A stretch of DNA of 64,000 bases from Patescibacteria group bacterium (GTDB lineage: Bacteria; Patescibacteriota; WWE3; UBA101185; UBA10185). The stretch is taken from the NCBI GenBank assembly GCA_018825365.1, contig JAHJEV010000003.1, positions 2,284-66,283 on the forward strand, in the 5' to 3' direction. Positions 1 through 10,603 of this stretch are shown here, piece by piece. Every line of letters begins with the position of its first letter. Position 1 is the first letter of the stretch. The notes below the pieces were generated by a model. That model saw only the letters and a list, made by a program, of their open reading frames with translations, had not been told where the DNA came from and ran no database searches. The translations under genes and the position numbers were made by a program.

Positions 1-130
1 TAAGGATTACTGCCGAAACGACAAAGGGTCCGGCGAGCGGTCCCCTACCCACCTCATCAATCCCGGCGATGTATTTTATGCCGTCGTTGTAAAGTTTTCT
101 CTCATATTGAGTAATTTCTTGAAAATGCAT
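1..130 (-). CDS. rnhB: Ribonuclease HII, N-terminal part (runs off the window edge)
   Basis: Manual translation [43 protein letters not shown]; [13 protein letters not shown] is the RNase HII signature. Confidence 0.93.
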   Translation of the reverse strand, partial: MHFQEITQYERKLYNDGIKYIAGIDEVGRGPLAGPFVVSAVIL

Positions 131-164
131 TGGTAGGTATATTTTACGCTAAGGATTATAAAAG

Positions 165-2783
165 TTACTCTTCTTCGCCTTCTTGCGCTTCTTCCATAAT
201 GGCAACGGATGCTACTTTATCCCCTTCGTTAAGCTTTATTAGTCTAACTCCTTGAGTTGCTCTACCAAGTGTAGGTATTTGGTCTACAGATAGTCTTATT
301 ATCTTTCCGGATGTTGTAGCTATGAGCAAATCGCAATCTTCCTCGTGTTTTGAAACCGACATCGCAGATATAAGTGACCCGGTTTTATCCTTGACTTTGT
401 ATGTAAGTATTCCAGAGCCCGCTCTTTTTTGAGTTTTGTACTCATCTGTCGACGTCTTTTTACCGTAACCAAGGTCAGAAACGACTAATAGTTCAATATT
501 TTTATCCTTCTTGGGTATTAATACTGTGCCAACAACTTTATCCTTTTGTTTAGAAAGCTTAATTCCGGTTACTCCTTTTGCGGATCTTCCCATGGATCTG
601 ACATCTTTTTCCTTAAATCTTATAGACTGCCCCATTGATGTGGTAAGAAGTATATCGTCCTCCCCCGATGTTGAATCTACAAATATTAGGTTATCGTCCT
701 TTTCAAGCGTTATGGCGATAATTCCAGCAGTTCTTATATTAGAAAAGTCTCCCATGGCAGTCTTTTTTACTACACCGCGCTCTGTGGTGAAGAAAATGAA
801 GCCCTTTTTGCTTTCTAGCTCTTCATTAGTCTTTGTTAGGAAAGCTTGAACTTTTTCGTCCTGTTTCATACTCAAAAAGTTAATTAATGGCGTCCCTTTA
901 GCATTTCTGGTTGTTTCAGGTATCTCCCAAATTCTCAATTTATATACTTTACCGGTATTTGTGAAGAAAAAGCACCAATCATGGGTATTGCAGATTCTTA
1001 TTGTTACGACTCTATCTTCCTCCCTTAATTCCTGCCCTCTCACGCCCTTTCCGCCGCGTCCCTGCTTCTTGTAGGAGGTTTCTTTAAGCCTTTTGATATA
1101 TCCATTTTCAGATATTGTGACTATGCAGGGTTCTTCAACTATTAAATCTTCATCACTCAACTCCCCTACTTTTCCTTTTATCACCTTGGTTTTTCGTTCA
1201 TCTGAGTACTTCTTTTTTATTTCTTCCAACTCACTTTTAACAAGTGCGATGATTCTTTTAGGTGAAGTCAGAAAATCGTGATAATTCTCTATTGTGTCGA
1301 GTATTGTTTTAAGCTCATCTTCTATCTTTTGTCTCTCAAGTGCGGCCAAACGTCTAAGCTGCATGTCTAAGATTGCTTGAGCCTGTATTTCTGATAGCTC
1401 GAACTTTTTTGTTAAACCCTCCTTAGCAGCATCCGCATCTTTGCTTGATTTAATAAGCTTTATGACAGCATCTAAGTTATCAAGTGCAATTTTCAAGCCT
1501 CTTAGTATGTGCGCTCGTTCCTCGGCTTTTTTGAGTAAATAAATAACTCGTTTCACTACTACTTGTTGTCTGTGCTTGATAAATTCCTCAAGCATAACTT
1601 TAAGAGTCATAAGTTTTGGTTCGTTGTTTAAAAGGGCAACAAAGTTAGAGTTAAACGTGCTTTGAAGTTGGGTATATTTAAAAAGCTGGTTTTTTATCTT
1701 GTTTAATACCGCATCTCTTTTTAACTCAATCACCATTCTTATCCCGTCCTTATTGGATTCATCCCGCAAATCTCCTATTCCGATTACTCTCTTATCTCTT
1801 ACAAGATCCGCAATTTTTGAAATAAGTGTGGATTTATTAACCATGTAAGGAATCTCGGTGACTACAAGTTTTACTTTTTCACCTTTTGACTCCTCTACTT
1901 CCATTTTTGCCCTTGTTACAACTCTTCCGCGCCCTGTCGCATACATTTGAACCATTTCTTTTTGATCGTAAATTATTCCTCCGGTCGGAAAATCAGGTCC
2001 TTGAATTACTTTTGTTAGATCCTCAACATTTGCGGTTGACGAGAAGTCAATTTTTGCTATAGCTGACTCTTCTAGGGGCTGCGATGATGAGTTTTTTAAA
2101 GATTTTGTACTCTTCTCAGGTTTTTTACCCGGTGTTCCAATGTTATCTGCCTTATCAATAAGAATATTTATTCCATCAATTATTTCCCCGAGGTGGTGGG
2201 GAGGTATGTTTGTTGCCATACCAACGGCAATTCCTGTTGCACCATTAAGCAGAAGGTTAGGTAAAAGAGATGGAAGGTAGTTTGGCTCTAAATTTTGAAG
2301 GTCATTTATTGAAAAATTAACAGTTTCCTTATCAATATCAGAATAAAGCTCTTCAGAAATCTTTTCCAGCTTGCACTCTGTGTATCTCATTGCGGCTGGC
2401 GGATCTCCATCAATGCTTCCGAAGTTTCCTTGTGGTTTTATAAGCGGGTATCTTAAGCTGAAATCCTGCCCCATTCGGACAAGCGCGTCATAAATGGAAA
2501 TGTCTCCGTGAGGGTGATACTTGGACATGACGCCTCCAACTACAGTTGCGCATTTGTGGAGTTTCCCCGAAGCGCCCATTCCCGCCTCCTGCATGGAATG
2601 GATAATTCTTCTTTGGACTGGTTTTAGGCCATCTCTCACATCAGGTAGTGCTCGGGATACTATAACGCTCATTGCATAATCAAGATAACCCCCCTGCATT
2701 TCCTTTCCGATATCGGTTTTTATAATATTTGGATCATTAATGATTGGTTCTTGCTTTGTAGTTTTTGGTGTTTCGTCGGCCAT
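165..2783 (-). CDS. gyrA: DNA gyrase subunit A
   Basis: [34 protein letters not shown] (catalytic Tyr), GyrA-box QGRGGKG, C-terminal pinwheel repeats. Confidence 0.98.
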   Translation of the reverse strand: MADETPKTTKQEPIINDPNIIKTDIGKEMQGGYLDYAMSVIVSRALPDVRDGLKPVQRRIIHSMQEAGMGASGKLHKCATVVGGVMSKYHPHGDISIYDALVRMGQDFSLRYPLIKPQGNFGSIDGDPPAAMRYTECKLEKISEELYSDIDKETVNFSINDLQNLEPNYLPSLLPNLLLNGATGIAVGMATNIPPHHLGEIIDGINILIDKADNIGTPGKKPEKSTKSLKNSSSQPLEESAIAKIDFSSTANVEDLTKVIQGPDFPTGGIIYDQKEMVQMYATGRGRVVTRAKMEVEESKGEKVKLVVTEIPYMVNKSTLISKIADLVRDKRVIGIGDLRDESNKDGIRMVIELKRDAVLNKIKNQLFKYTQLQSTFNSNFVALLNNEPKLMTLKVMLEEFIKHRQQVVVKRVIYLLKKAEERAHILRGLKIALDNLDAVIKLIKSSKDADAAKEGLTKKFELSEIQAQAILDMQLRRLAALERQKIEDELKTILDTIENYHDFLTSPKRIIALVKSELEEIKKKYSDERKTKVIKGKVGELSDEDLIVEEPCIVTISENGYIKRLKETSYKKQGRGGKGVRGQELREEDRVVTIRICNTHDWCFFFTNTGKVYKLRIWEIPETTRNAKGTPLINFLSMKQDEKVQAFLTKTNEELESKKGFIFFTTERGVVKKTAMGDFSNIRTAGIIAITLEKDDNLIFVDSTSGEDDILLTTSMGQSIRFKEKDVRSMGRSAKGVTGIKLSKQKDKVVGTVLIPKKDKNIELLVVSDLGYGKKTSTDEYKTQKRAGSGILTYKVKDKTGSLISAMSVSKHEEDCDLLIATTSGKIIRLSVDQIPTLGRATQGVRLIKLNEGDKVASVAIMEEAQEGEEE

Positions 2784-2885
2784 AACCTAGTAATTTTAAC
2801 AGGTTTTATTACGCTTTTAAATAGTTTTTAAGTGGAAGATGAAAAAGAAAGCCCGATATTTTTTGTATCAGGCTTTCGTCTGGAT

Positions 2886-3404
2886 TTACATGATTCTTGA
2901 TAGAAACTGATTCAACATTTTGCCAGTTTCTTCAGAACTCTTTTTATTCGCGGAGATTATGAGTGACAGTATGTTGTTCACTTCGGATTTTCTCAGCTTC
3001 CTTTCGGGCAGCCTACCAGGGATATCCGGCGAGTACTTCATTTGGAAGTCAAATCTGATGGCCCAATACTTGATCGGATTGAAATAGTAATGAGGCGACT
3101 GGGTTACCTTCATAACGGGACGAAGTGCCAACCCTTTCCCTCTGACCGCCGTCTGTTCGTCTGATTCCATTGTCTCAATGTTGTACCAGGTGGGATGGAT
3201 GAGCCTGGGTATCCAAACAAAGAGAAAACTCCCGATTTGGCACGATTTGGGTCTGGCAGTTATCACGATTTCCGCGTTGCCAACCACGCCAAGGCGCCAG
3301 TGTAGCCTTATGGTGATCGCGCCTAGGTCAATATGGTACCAGTGGCTAAATGTTTCTGAAGGCAACTGCTCCGCGCTTATCAACTTTTTTACTTTCGTTT
3401 TCAT
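2886..3404 (-). CDS. Hypothetical protein (orphan inserted between gyrB and gyrA)
   Basis: ORF; probable start MKTKVKK after SD-like GAGGAG; hairpin AAAGCCcGAT...ATCaGGCTTT downstream at about 2848-2876. Confidence 0.6.
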   Translation of the reverse strand: MKTKVKKLISAEQLPSETFSHWYHIDLGAITIRLHWRLGVVGNAEIVITARPKSCQIGSFLFVWIPRLIHPTWYNIETMESDEQTAVRGKGLALRPVMKVTQSPHYYFNPIKYWAIRFDFQMKYSPDIPGRLPERKLRKSEVNNILSLIISANKKSSEETGKMLNQFLSRIM

Positions 3405-3454
3405 TTCTCTGCTCCTCTCTTTCTTTGTATTTTGGTTGTATTTTACACTACGGG

Positions 3455-4375
3455 TCAAATGTTTTGTAGTTCCTTAACAATTTCTTTTCTAAGTATTAAA
3501 TCATTCGTTTCAGCAACCCCATCTTTGAACTTAATATCTAACAAATTTTCCAGCATCTTTTTTACCTCTTCATTTTCCGAATAGATATAGTTTCTGCCTT
3601 TAGATATACATGGGGAGTTAAAAAACCACTGATTGTGGTCAAACTCATTTAAAACCTCTTTAATTAAAGGTTTGTAGTCGGCCACAAACTTTCTAGCATC
3701 CCAAAGCTCCATCTGTCCTATTGTGACTTTCATTTTTAGGTTTGGAAATTCAATTATTTTAATATCATTAATGATTGCTTCTCTTGGATTTTTATAAACG
3801 CTGTCTTCTTGGTCAAGAAAATATTTCTCAATCCATGTTTTTGAAAGATCCACAACCAAAGACAGCTCTTTGAAAGCTTCTACGTCCCGAGGGGATGTGA
3901 TTTTTGCCTTAAAGTTAAGAGTGTTTGAAACTATTGCGGCGTAAAGCAGTTTTGCGCTTGTTTGAGATACCTTTTCGGCAAAACCCCGTTTTTTGTACTG
4001 TTCCCATATGAGTGTTGCACACGAACCGATAAGTTCTATTTTGGCTTTGTCGCCTATCTGCTCTTTCCAGTATTTTTCAAATCCGCTGTGATGGTCATAA
4101 ATCTCAATAATGTTTTCAGTTTTAACAAAATCCGGAAACTGTTCCGGATAAGATGCGTCCACTATTACGTAGGAGATATCCGGGTCGTTTGGTTTTGCCT
4201 CGTATTTATATCCCCAAGACTTTATTTCATCCGTAATACTGCTGTTTGGTTCTTCCGTTATGTAGCCGGCTGCGTCCGAGCCTTGAAGGTTTAGGAGTTC
4301 TGTGTAGGCTACAACGCAGGCCAGTGCGTCTATATCGTTTGTATACTTTGAGGCAGTTACTCCTATTTTTGGCAT
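3455..4375 (-). CDS. DHH-family phosphoesterase, Mn-dependent inorganic pyrophosphatase (PpaC)-like
   Basis: DIDA, IVD, YDHH, GSCATLI and AIVSNTLNF motifs; DHHA2-like C-terminus ending LRKEI. Confidence 0.8.
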   Translation of the reverse strand: MPKIGVTASKYTNDIDALACVVAYTELLNLQGSDAAGYITEEPNSSITDEIKSWGYKYEAKPNDPDISYVIVDASYPEQFPDFVKTENIIEIYDHHSGFEKYWKEQIGDKAKIELIGSCATLIWEQYKKRGFAEKVSQTSAKLLYAAIVSNTLNFKAKITSPRDVEAFKELSLVVDLSKTWIEKYFLDQEDSVYKNPREAIINDIKIIEFPNLKMKVTIGQMELWDARKFVADYKPLIKEVLNEFDHNQWFFNSPCISKGRNYIYSENEEVKKMLENLLDIKFKDGVAETNDLILRKEIVKELQNI

Positions 4376-4424
4376 TGTAATTAGAATATCAGATAGTTTG
4401 GATTATTTGTACAGAGTAAATTTG

Positions 4425-4712
4425 TCAAAGCCACTTGTGTGGTTCGTAGGTTCCTTTGACCTTCTGAAGTTTCTTTCGCTTCACAATTTTCTTGGGCTTT
4501 GATTTACTAGATATTTCTTCAATCATATTTACAACTTGTATAATTCTCGCCTTCATCTGGCATTCTTTCTCAAACCAGTAGTCATAAGCAAAATTTTCCC
4601 TTAAATCTTTGTTCTCTTCTGCGGCAAGACCTTTTTCAAAAATTACTTTAGACCTTTCTTCTCTTAGTTTCACAAGCTCATTTCTTAATTTGTCTATTTT
4701 TGTTTCTTCCAT
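4425..4712 (-). CDS. Small protein resembling the GreA N-terminal coiled coil only
   Basis: Probable start MEETKID; AAEENKDLRENFAY resembles the GreA tip A..GDL.ENAEY; no C-terminal Gre domain, basic tail instead. Confidence 0.55.
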   Translation of the reverse strand: MEETKIDKLRNELVKLREERSKVIFEKGLAAEENKDLRENFAYDYWFEKECQMKARIIQVVNMIEEISSKSKPKKIVKRKKLQKVKGTYEPHKWL

Positions 4713-4885
4713 GTAGTTATGTTTACCAAAAATGTTGACCTTGCCGCAAGGGGGTGGTAAGATGTTAACATTAGAAAGTCTAGAAATAGGCTTTAGAGGG
4801 ATCTGAAAGGATTCTTTTTTTATGACACAAAACCCTCCATGCATTTAGTTACGAGGGGAGTCTGTGAGGGTTTCTGGGGTTTGTG

Positions 4886-6865
4886 TTACATAATATCTAA
4901 ATTTGCCTGTTTAGCGTGTGTGGTTATAAATCTTTTTCTTGGGGCGACCTCTTCTCCCATCAACATTTCAAAAATCTCATCTGCAGCTTCTGCGTCTTCA
5001 GCTGTGATTTGTTTTAGTCTTCTTGTTTCCGGATTCATTGTGGTTTCCCAAAGCTCTTCCGCGTTCATTTCTCCGAGTCCTTTAAATCTTTGAACGATTG
5101 CCTTTTTACCTTCCGCAGTTTTCAGAAATTCTTCCCTATCTCTATCCGTGAATAAGTATCTCTTCTCTTTTCCCCAAGTTGCTTTGTATAGAGGCGGGAC
5201 TGCAACATAAACATGCCCCTGTAAAATCAGTTCCGGCATGTGTCTATAAAAAAACGTCAGGTGAAGTGAGTTTATATGCATTCCATCAGCGTCAGCATCG
5301 GCCATAATAATGATTTTGTTGTATCTTATCTTTGAAATATCAAATTGATCCCCTATTCCGCATCCGATTGCTATAATCATTGCCTTAAACTTGTCGGAGT
5401 CGACAATTTTATCAAGTCTTGCTCTTTCTGTATTTAAAACCTTGCCAAATATCGGAAGAATGGCCTGATAGTTTCTGTTTCTCCCCTGTTTTGCTGAGCC
5501 TCCTGCGGAATCTCCCTCAACAATGAAAAGTTCGCTTCTTTCAGCGTCCTTTTCGGAGCAGTCGGCAAGTTTTCCTGGTAATACTCCCCCGCCCTCAAGC
5601 GCTGTTTTTCTGATAACAGTGTCTCTTGCAGCTTTTGCTGCCATTCTTGCTTTAAATGAAAGGAGATTTTTCTCAATAATTGAGTTTGCATCTTTGGGGT
5701 TTTCATCTAAAAACTGCTCTAAGGCTTCTTTTACGACCGTTTCAACGGCTACTCTTACATTAGTGTTTCCAAGTTTAGCTTTTGTTTGCCCTTCAAACTG
5801 CAATGTTGCTGAGTCTAAGGATATGGAAATTATAGCCGTTAGACCCTCTCTGAGGTCATCTCCTGTAAGATTTAGGTCTTTGTCCTTTAACGCCCCGCTT
5901 TTTCGTGCGTAATCATTTACACAGCGTGTCAAGGCGCTTCTAAATCCTGTTAAATGGGTTCCTCCTTCGATGTTCTTCAAATGGTTTGCAAAGCAGATAA
6001 CATTTTCTCTAAATGTGTCGTTGTACTGCAGTGCAACTTCAACATTAACTTCGTCGTATTCTTTTTGACAGTAAAATGGTTTAGAATTTAAAACTCCGTG
6101 GTTTCTATTCAAGGCTTCCAAGTACGCTTTTATTCCGCCCTCAAAGTAAAAACTGTACTTTCGATCAATTCTATGATCCAATATGTCGAATTTTATTCCA
6201 GCTGTAAGATATGCGTACTCTCTTATCTGTTGAACGAAGAATTTATAATCAAAGTCTATAGTTTCAAAAATAGTTGCATCGGGTTTGAACTGAACGATAG
6301 TCATTGGTTCGTAATTCCACCCCTCGAGATCTATGTTCCACTCAGCATTTTTAAGTTTGCTAAGTTTATTAAGATCCAGCTTTTCAACCGGTCTTATCTT
6401 GTTTCCGCCCTTTTCGTATTCCTGAATTACTGTTTTGTCCCCTCTTTTTGTTATTACCCGAAACCACTCTGATAGCGCGTTAACAACCGAAGATCCAACT
6501 CCGTGAAGACCTGAGGAGACTTTGTATCCCCCGCCGCCAAATTTTCCTCCTGCATGAAGTTTTGTGAAGGCAAGCTCAAGTGCGCTTACACCATATTCCT
6601 TTTTAATATCAAAGGGAACTCCTCTTCCATTATCATAAACCGCAACCGACCCGTCCTTGCAAAATTCTAGTTTGATATGATTGGCGTAGCCACCAATTGC
6701 CTCGTCCATTGAGTTGTTAACAATTTCGGTGACCAGGTGGTGTAATCCTTCCTGTCCTGTGGAACCGACGTACATTCCGGGTCTTTTTCTTACTGGATCA
6801 AGTCCTTCAAGTACTTGAATTTGTTCCGCTCCATATTCGCTTGGGTTTTTAGGTTTATTTACCAC
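4886..6865 (-). CDS. gyrB: DNA gyrase subunit B
   Basis: VRKRPGMYVG, LHAGGKF, SGLHGVG, VEGDSAGG, MADADADG, QRFKGLGEM. Confidence 0.98.
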   Translation of the reverse strand: MVNKPKNPSEYGAEQIQVLEGLDPVRKRPGMYVGSTGQEGLHHLVTEIVNNSMDEAIGGYANHIKLEFCKDGSVAVYDNGRGVPFDIKKEYGVSALELAFTKLHAGGKFGGGGYKVSSGLHGVGSSVVNALSEWFRVITKRGDKTVIQEYEKGGNKIRPVEKLDLNKLSKLKNAEWNIDLEGWNYEPMTIVQFKPDATIFETIDFDYKFFVQQIREYAYLTAGIKFDILDHRIDRKYSFYFEGGIKAYLEALNRNHGVLNSKPFYCQKEYDEVNVEVALQYNDTFRENVICFANHLKNIEGGTHLTGFRSALTRCVNDYARKSGALKDKDLNLTGDDLREGLTAIISISLDSATLQFEGQTKAKLGNTNVRVAVETVVKEALEQFLDENPKDANSIIEKNLLSFKARMAAKAARDTVIRKTALEGGGVLPGKLADCSEKDAERSELFIVEGDSAGGSAKQGRNRNYQAILPIFGKVLNTERARLDKIVDSDKFKAMIIAIGCGIGDQFDISKIRYNKIIIMADADADGMHINSLHLTFFYRHMPELILQGHVYVAVPPLYKATWGKEKRYLFTDRDREEFLKTAEGKKAIVQRFKGLGEMNAEELWETTMNPETRRLKQITAEDAEAADEIFEMLMGEEVAPRKRFITTHAKQANLDIM

Positions 6866-6938
6866 TTATATGTCGTTAAAATTATTTGACTTATATATTT
6901 TACTGGCAGGATGGACTTTTAACAAGGGTTTTTCACTC

Positions 6939-7637
6939 TCACAGGGTGCCCGAAAAGCTTATAACTAAAGCCTCCATCGATATTCTTTGGTTTACATTGC
7001 TGTTTTCTAAATCCTTTTTAATCTCAATAATTCTCTTTATGTTTTTAAGTCTGTTTTCATCCCTTGGTCTTTTTAAGATCATGTCCCTCGCCTCCTCTAT
7101 CCAACATTCCAAAAGTTCCAATATTGTTTCTTTTTCCTCTTTGGAAATTTCTGATGCAAATTCAAGTCTTTTTCCAAGGTTCATTTTTAGGATTTTTTCC
7201 AATGAACTGCTGTTTTCAACAACCGCGCACCCCCTTGGTTTTCTAATAGGTAGCATCCGACATCTGGACACGACAGTTTCGAGTAGTGAGTTTTGAGTTT
7301 TGGAAGAAAGAAGAATCAGTGCATACGCCGGTGGCTCCTCCAAAGTTTTGAGAAGCGAGTTTTGCGCCTGAATGGTTAATTTTTCGCAGTCCAGTATTAC
7401 TAGAAATTTCTTTTGATATGAAAACGGTCGCTCTTGAAGAAACTTAACCCCCTCTCTTGTCTGAGAAATGCCGATTGTTTTTTCATCCTCCAAAAGTGCA
7501 ACGATTTTTATATCGGCTTTCTCAGAAAGATCTTTAGTCTTTTCAAAGTCTTTGTTAGCTTCAGAATTAACAATCTCAACAATCTTTTCTTCCCGAAGAT
7601 TTTTTGTGGAACCAAATATCAAAACACTTCCGTTCAT
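6939..7637 (-). CDS. holB: DNA polymerase III delta-prime-like (short form)
   Basis: AQNSLLKTLEEPP, LLETVVSRC; start at MNGSVL inferred. Confidence 0.8.
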   Translation of the reverse strand: MNGSVLIFGSTKNLREEKIVEIVNSEANKDFEKTKDLSEKADIKIVALLEDEKTIGISQTREGVKFLQERPFSYQKKFLVILDCEKLTIQAQNSLLKTLEEPPAYALILLSSKTQNSLLETVVSRCRMLPIRKPRGCAVVENSSSLEKILKMNLGKRLEFASEISKEEKETILELLECWIEEARDMILKRPRDENRLKNIKRIIEIKKDLENSNVNQRISMEALVISFSGTL

Positions 7638-7778
7638 GGTTAGATTATAACTTATAAAAAACAAAAAATAATTTTTGGGGGTTTACAACAATTTCTGGCG
7701 TACCTTATAAACACTACGTCTTATTGAACTTGATAGACATAGTTGTTACCATTTATACTAAGAAAGTTAATCTGCCCT

Positions 7779-9539
7779 ATGACAAAACTTGATAAGATAA
7801 AAACTGTCGCTGACGTTTTGTACGAAAAAAAACTAATAACCTCAGATCAGTTGTCGGCAATAAAATTTGAAAATGTAAACACTGGAAAAAGTATTGAAAG
7901 TCTCATCAAAGAAAGAGGCTATGTAAACGGTGAGAATTTTGCTGAAGCTTTTGGTGAAGTATACAAAATTCCCTACACTACTCTTGTTCCCGGTCAGCTG
8001 GAACCCCAACTTTTGGACATTATTCCGCTTGAAATAGCAAGAAAATACAAAGTAGTTCCTATCAGTGTTGATGAAAAGAAACTTGACCTTGCGATGGTTG
8101 ATCCACTCGACCTTCAAACGATAGATTTCATTGAAAGGAAAACCGGCTTAAAAGTAATTCCCCACATTGTCACAGAAAAAACAATTGACAAGGTATTGGA
8201 AGAGCAAAAAGGAAAAGAACTTGGTGAGGAAATTACAGCTGCAATGGAGGAGATCTCACAGACGACTTTAAAGATTGAAGAAAGTCACGGAGAGTTGACG
8301 GACGCAACAATTAGAGACGCACCTATTGCAAGAATAGTAGGAATGATTTTGGAAACAGCAGTAAAATCGGGAGCCTCTGATGTTCACATTGAACCTGGTG
8401 AGGAGTCCTGCAGATTAAGATACAGAGTCGACGGAATTTTGGCCGAGAAAAGAACTCTTCCAAAGGAAATGACCGAATCGGTGGTTGCGAGAATAAAAAT
8501 TCTTGCCGGAATGAAAATTGATGAGAAAAGAATTCCGCAGGACGGAAGATTCAAAGTTCAGGTTGGAAAAATAGAAACAGATTTGAGAGTCTCTACCCTT
8601 CCTACTATATATGGGGAAAAAGTTGTTATCAGACTTTTGAGGGAACAGGGGGCTGTTTTTACATACAAAGATCTTGGCATGAGGGGGCTTACCTTAAAAA
8701 GACTTGAAGAAATGGTTTTAAAGCCAAACGGAATGATTTTGGTTACCGGACCCACCTCTTCTGGTAAGACTGTTACACTGGCATCCACTTTAGATAGATT
8801 AAATACCGCAAGAGTAAATATAGTAACGGTTGAGGATCCGGTTGAAATTAGAGTTCCGGGTGTAAATCAGGTACAGATTAATGTTCAAGCAGGCCTTACA
8901 TTTGCAACCGGCCTAAGATCTTTCCTTAGGCAGGACCCCAACATTATAATGGTGGGAGAAATAAGAGACGACGAAACCGCTGAGCTTGCCGTACACGCAG
9001 CACTAACCGGGCATTTGGTTTTGTCTACTTTACACACAAACTCTGCTTCAGGCGCGCTTCCAAGACTTATGGATATGGGAGTTGAAGACTTTTTCCTGGT
9101 GTCAACGGTCATAGGCGTACTTGCCCAAAGACTTGTTAGAAAGGTTTGCAAGTATTGCGTTCAGGAATACGAACCTCCGAAAGAAATCGCTGATGAAATT
9201 GCCGCAGTTTTACAGGAATTATCAAAAAATACTGTTCTTATGACTAAAGATCCGGAAAATGCAAAACTTGTAAAGACACTTTTAGAAAAAAACAAACCTG
9301 TTTTATTCAGAGGAAAGGGATGTCCAAAATGCACCGCAGGGTACACGGGAAGAGTTGGTATTTTTGAGCTTTTACAGATGAGCGAAAAAATCGGAGAGGC
9401 GACACTTGCAAAATCTCCGGCGACAAAGATTGAACAGATTGCAAAACAAGAGGGGATGATTACACTTATGCAAGATGGTTATTTAAGAGCGTTGGAAGGT
9501 TCCACGACTCTTGAGGAAGTAATGAGAGTCACAAAGTGA
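7779..9539 (+). CDS. pilB: Type IV pilus assembly ATPase PilB/GspE
   Basis: ASDVHIEP, PQDGR, Walker A GPTSSGKT, TVEDPVE, LRQDPNIIMVGEIRD, TGHLVLSTLHTN, tetra-Cys Zn motif. Confidence 0.96.
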   Translation: MTKLDKIKTVADVLYEKKLITSDQLSAIKFENVNTGKSIESLIKERGYVNGENFAEAFGEVYKIPYTTLVPGQLEPQLLDIIPLEIARKYKVVPISVDEKKLDLAMVDPLDLQTIDFIERKTGLKVIPHIVTEKTIDKVLEEQKGKELGEEITAAMEEISQTTLKIEESHGELTDATIRDAPIARIVGMILETAVKSGASDVHIEPGEESCRLRYRVDGILAEKRTLPKEMTESVVARIKILAGMKIDEKRIPQDGRFKVQVGKIETDLRVSTLPTIYGEKVVIRLLREQGAVFTYKDLGMRGLTLKRLEEMVLKPNGMILVTGPTSSGKTVTLASTLDRLNTARVNIVTVEDPVEIRVPGVNQVQINVQAGLTFATGLRSFLRQDPNIIMVGEIRDDETAELAVHAALTGHLVLSTLHTNSASGALPRLMDMGVEDFFLVSTVIGVLAQRLVRKVCKYCVQEYEPPKEIADEIAAVLQELSKNTVLMTKDPENAKLVKTLLEKNKPVLFRGKGCPKCTAGYTGRVGIFELLQMSEKIGEATLAKSPATKIEQIAKQEGMITLMQDGYLRALEGSTTLEEVMRVTK

Positions 9540-10600
9540 AACTAAATGCAACTCAGATTCTGGAAAAAGTTGTTGATATGAATGCTTCGGACCTTCATGT
9601 GTCTGTCGGTTCAAGGCCCCATGTCAGGATAAATACACAACTTCAGCCTCTTGGGGACTATCCTGTTTTAACAACCGATGATTTAGAATACATCCTTTCC
9701 CAAATTTTAGATGCTAAGCAAAGAGAACTCTTGGAAATAAACAAGGAACTGGATTTTTCAATTGCTCTTGGTCAAAAAGCCAGGTTTAGAATAAACGCCT
9801 ATTTTCAGAAAGGCTACCCAGCAATAGCTTTTAGACATATTCCCCTTGAAGTACCGACGTTTGAGCAACTTCATTTACCCGCCAACCTTGAAACGATATG
9901 TAATTTAAAACAGGGTCTTATCATTGTTGCAGGCCCCGCAGGGCATGGTAAGTCAACAACTATTGCGTCAATGATGGAAAGAATAAATACCACAAGAGCC
10001 GAGCACATAATTACCATCGAAGATCCTATTGAATACATTTTCTCAAGTAAAAAATCATTAATTGAGCAAAGAGAAATGTTTTTGGATACCCATTCATGGG
10101 AAGTTGCTCTAAAATCTATTTTAAGACAGGACCCGAATATAGTTTTTATAGGGGAAATGAGAGACGTGGATACAATGAGATCCGCTCTTCAAATAGCTGA
10201 AACCGGACATCTAGTTTTTACTACGCTTCATACAAACTCGGCCGCTCAAACAGTGGACAGAATAATTTCTTCGTTCCCGGCGGAAAAACAAGGTGAAATA
10301 AAAAACCAACTGGGATCTGTTATCGAAGTTGTTATTTCAGAAAGACTTCTGCCCTCGGCGTCACTGGGGGTAGTTCCTGCTTTTGAAATTATGGTTAATA
10401 CTGACGCAATCTCAAATCTTATAAGAGAAGGAAAACCGCATATGATCGATAACGTTATTAATACAGGCTCTCAGTTTGGGATGATTAGTCTTGAGAAAAG
10501 TATGGCAGAGTTGGTAAAAAGCGGAATTATTACATTTGAAGATGCGATAAAGTTTGCATCCAGGCCAAACGAGTTAAAAAGGTTTGTAGACCGAGAATAA
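9536..10600 (+). CDS. pilT: Type IV pilus retraction ATPase PilT
   Basis: ASDLH, GPAGHGKSTT, TIEDPIE, LRQDPNIVFIGEMRD, AETGHLVFTTLHTNSA, AISNLIRE. Confidence 0.95.
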   Translation: MKLNATQILEKVVDMNASDLHVSVGSRPHVRINTQLQPLGDYPVLTTDDLEYILSQILDAKQRELLEINKELDFSIALGQKARFRINAYFQKGYPAIAFRHIPLEVPTFEQLHLPANLETICNLKQGLIIVAGPAGHGKSTTIASMMERINTTRAEHIITIEDPIEYIFSSKKSLIEQREMFLDTHSWEVALKSILRQDPNIVFIGEMRDVDTMRSALQIAETGHLVFTTLHTNSAAQTVDRIISSFPAEKQGEIKNQLGSVIEVVISERLLPSASLGVVPAFEIMVNTDAISNLIREGKPHMIDNVINTGSQFGMISLEKSMAELVKSGIITFEDAIKFASRPNELKRFVDRE

Positions 10601-10603
10601 AAT

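Noticed and set aside
8748-8775. PilB Walker A variant GPTSSGKT as an inactive ATPase
   Set aside because: Still fits GxxxxGKT, and the Walker B, Asp and His boxes are intact.
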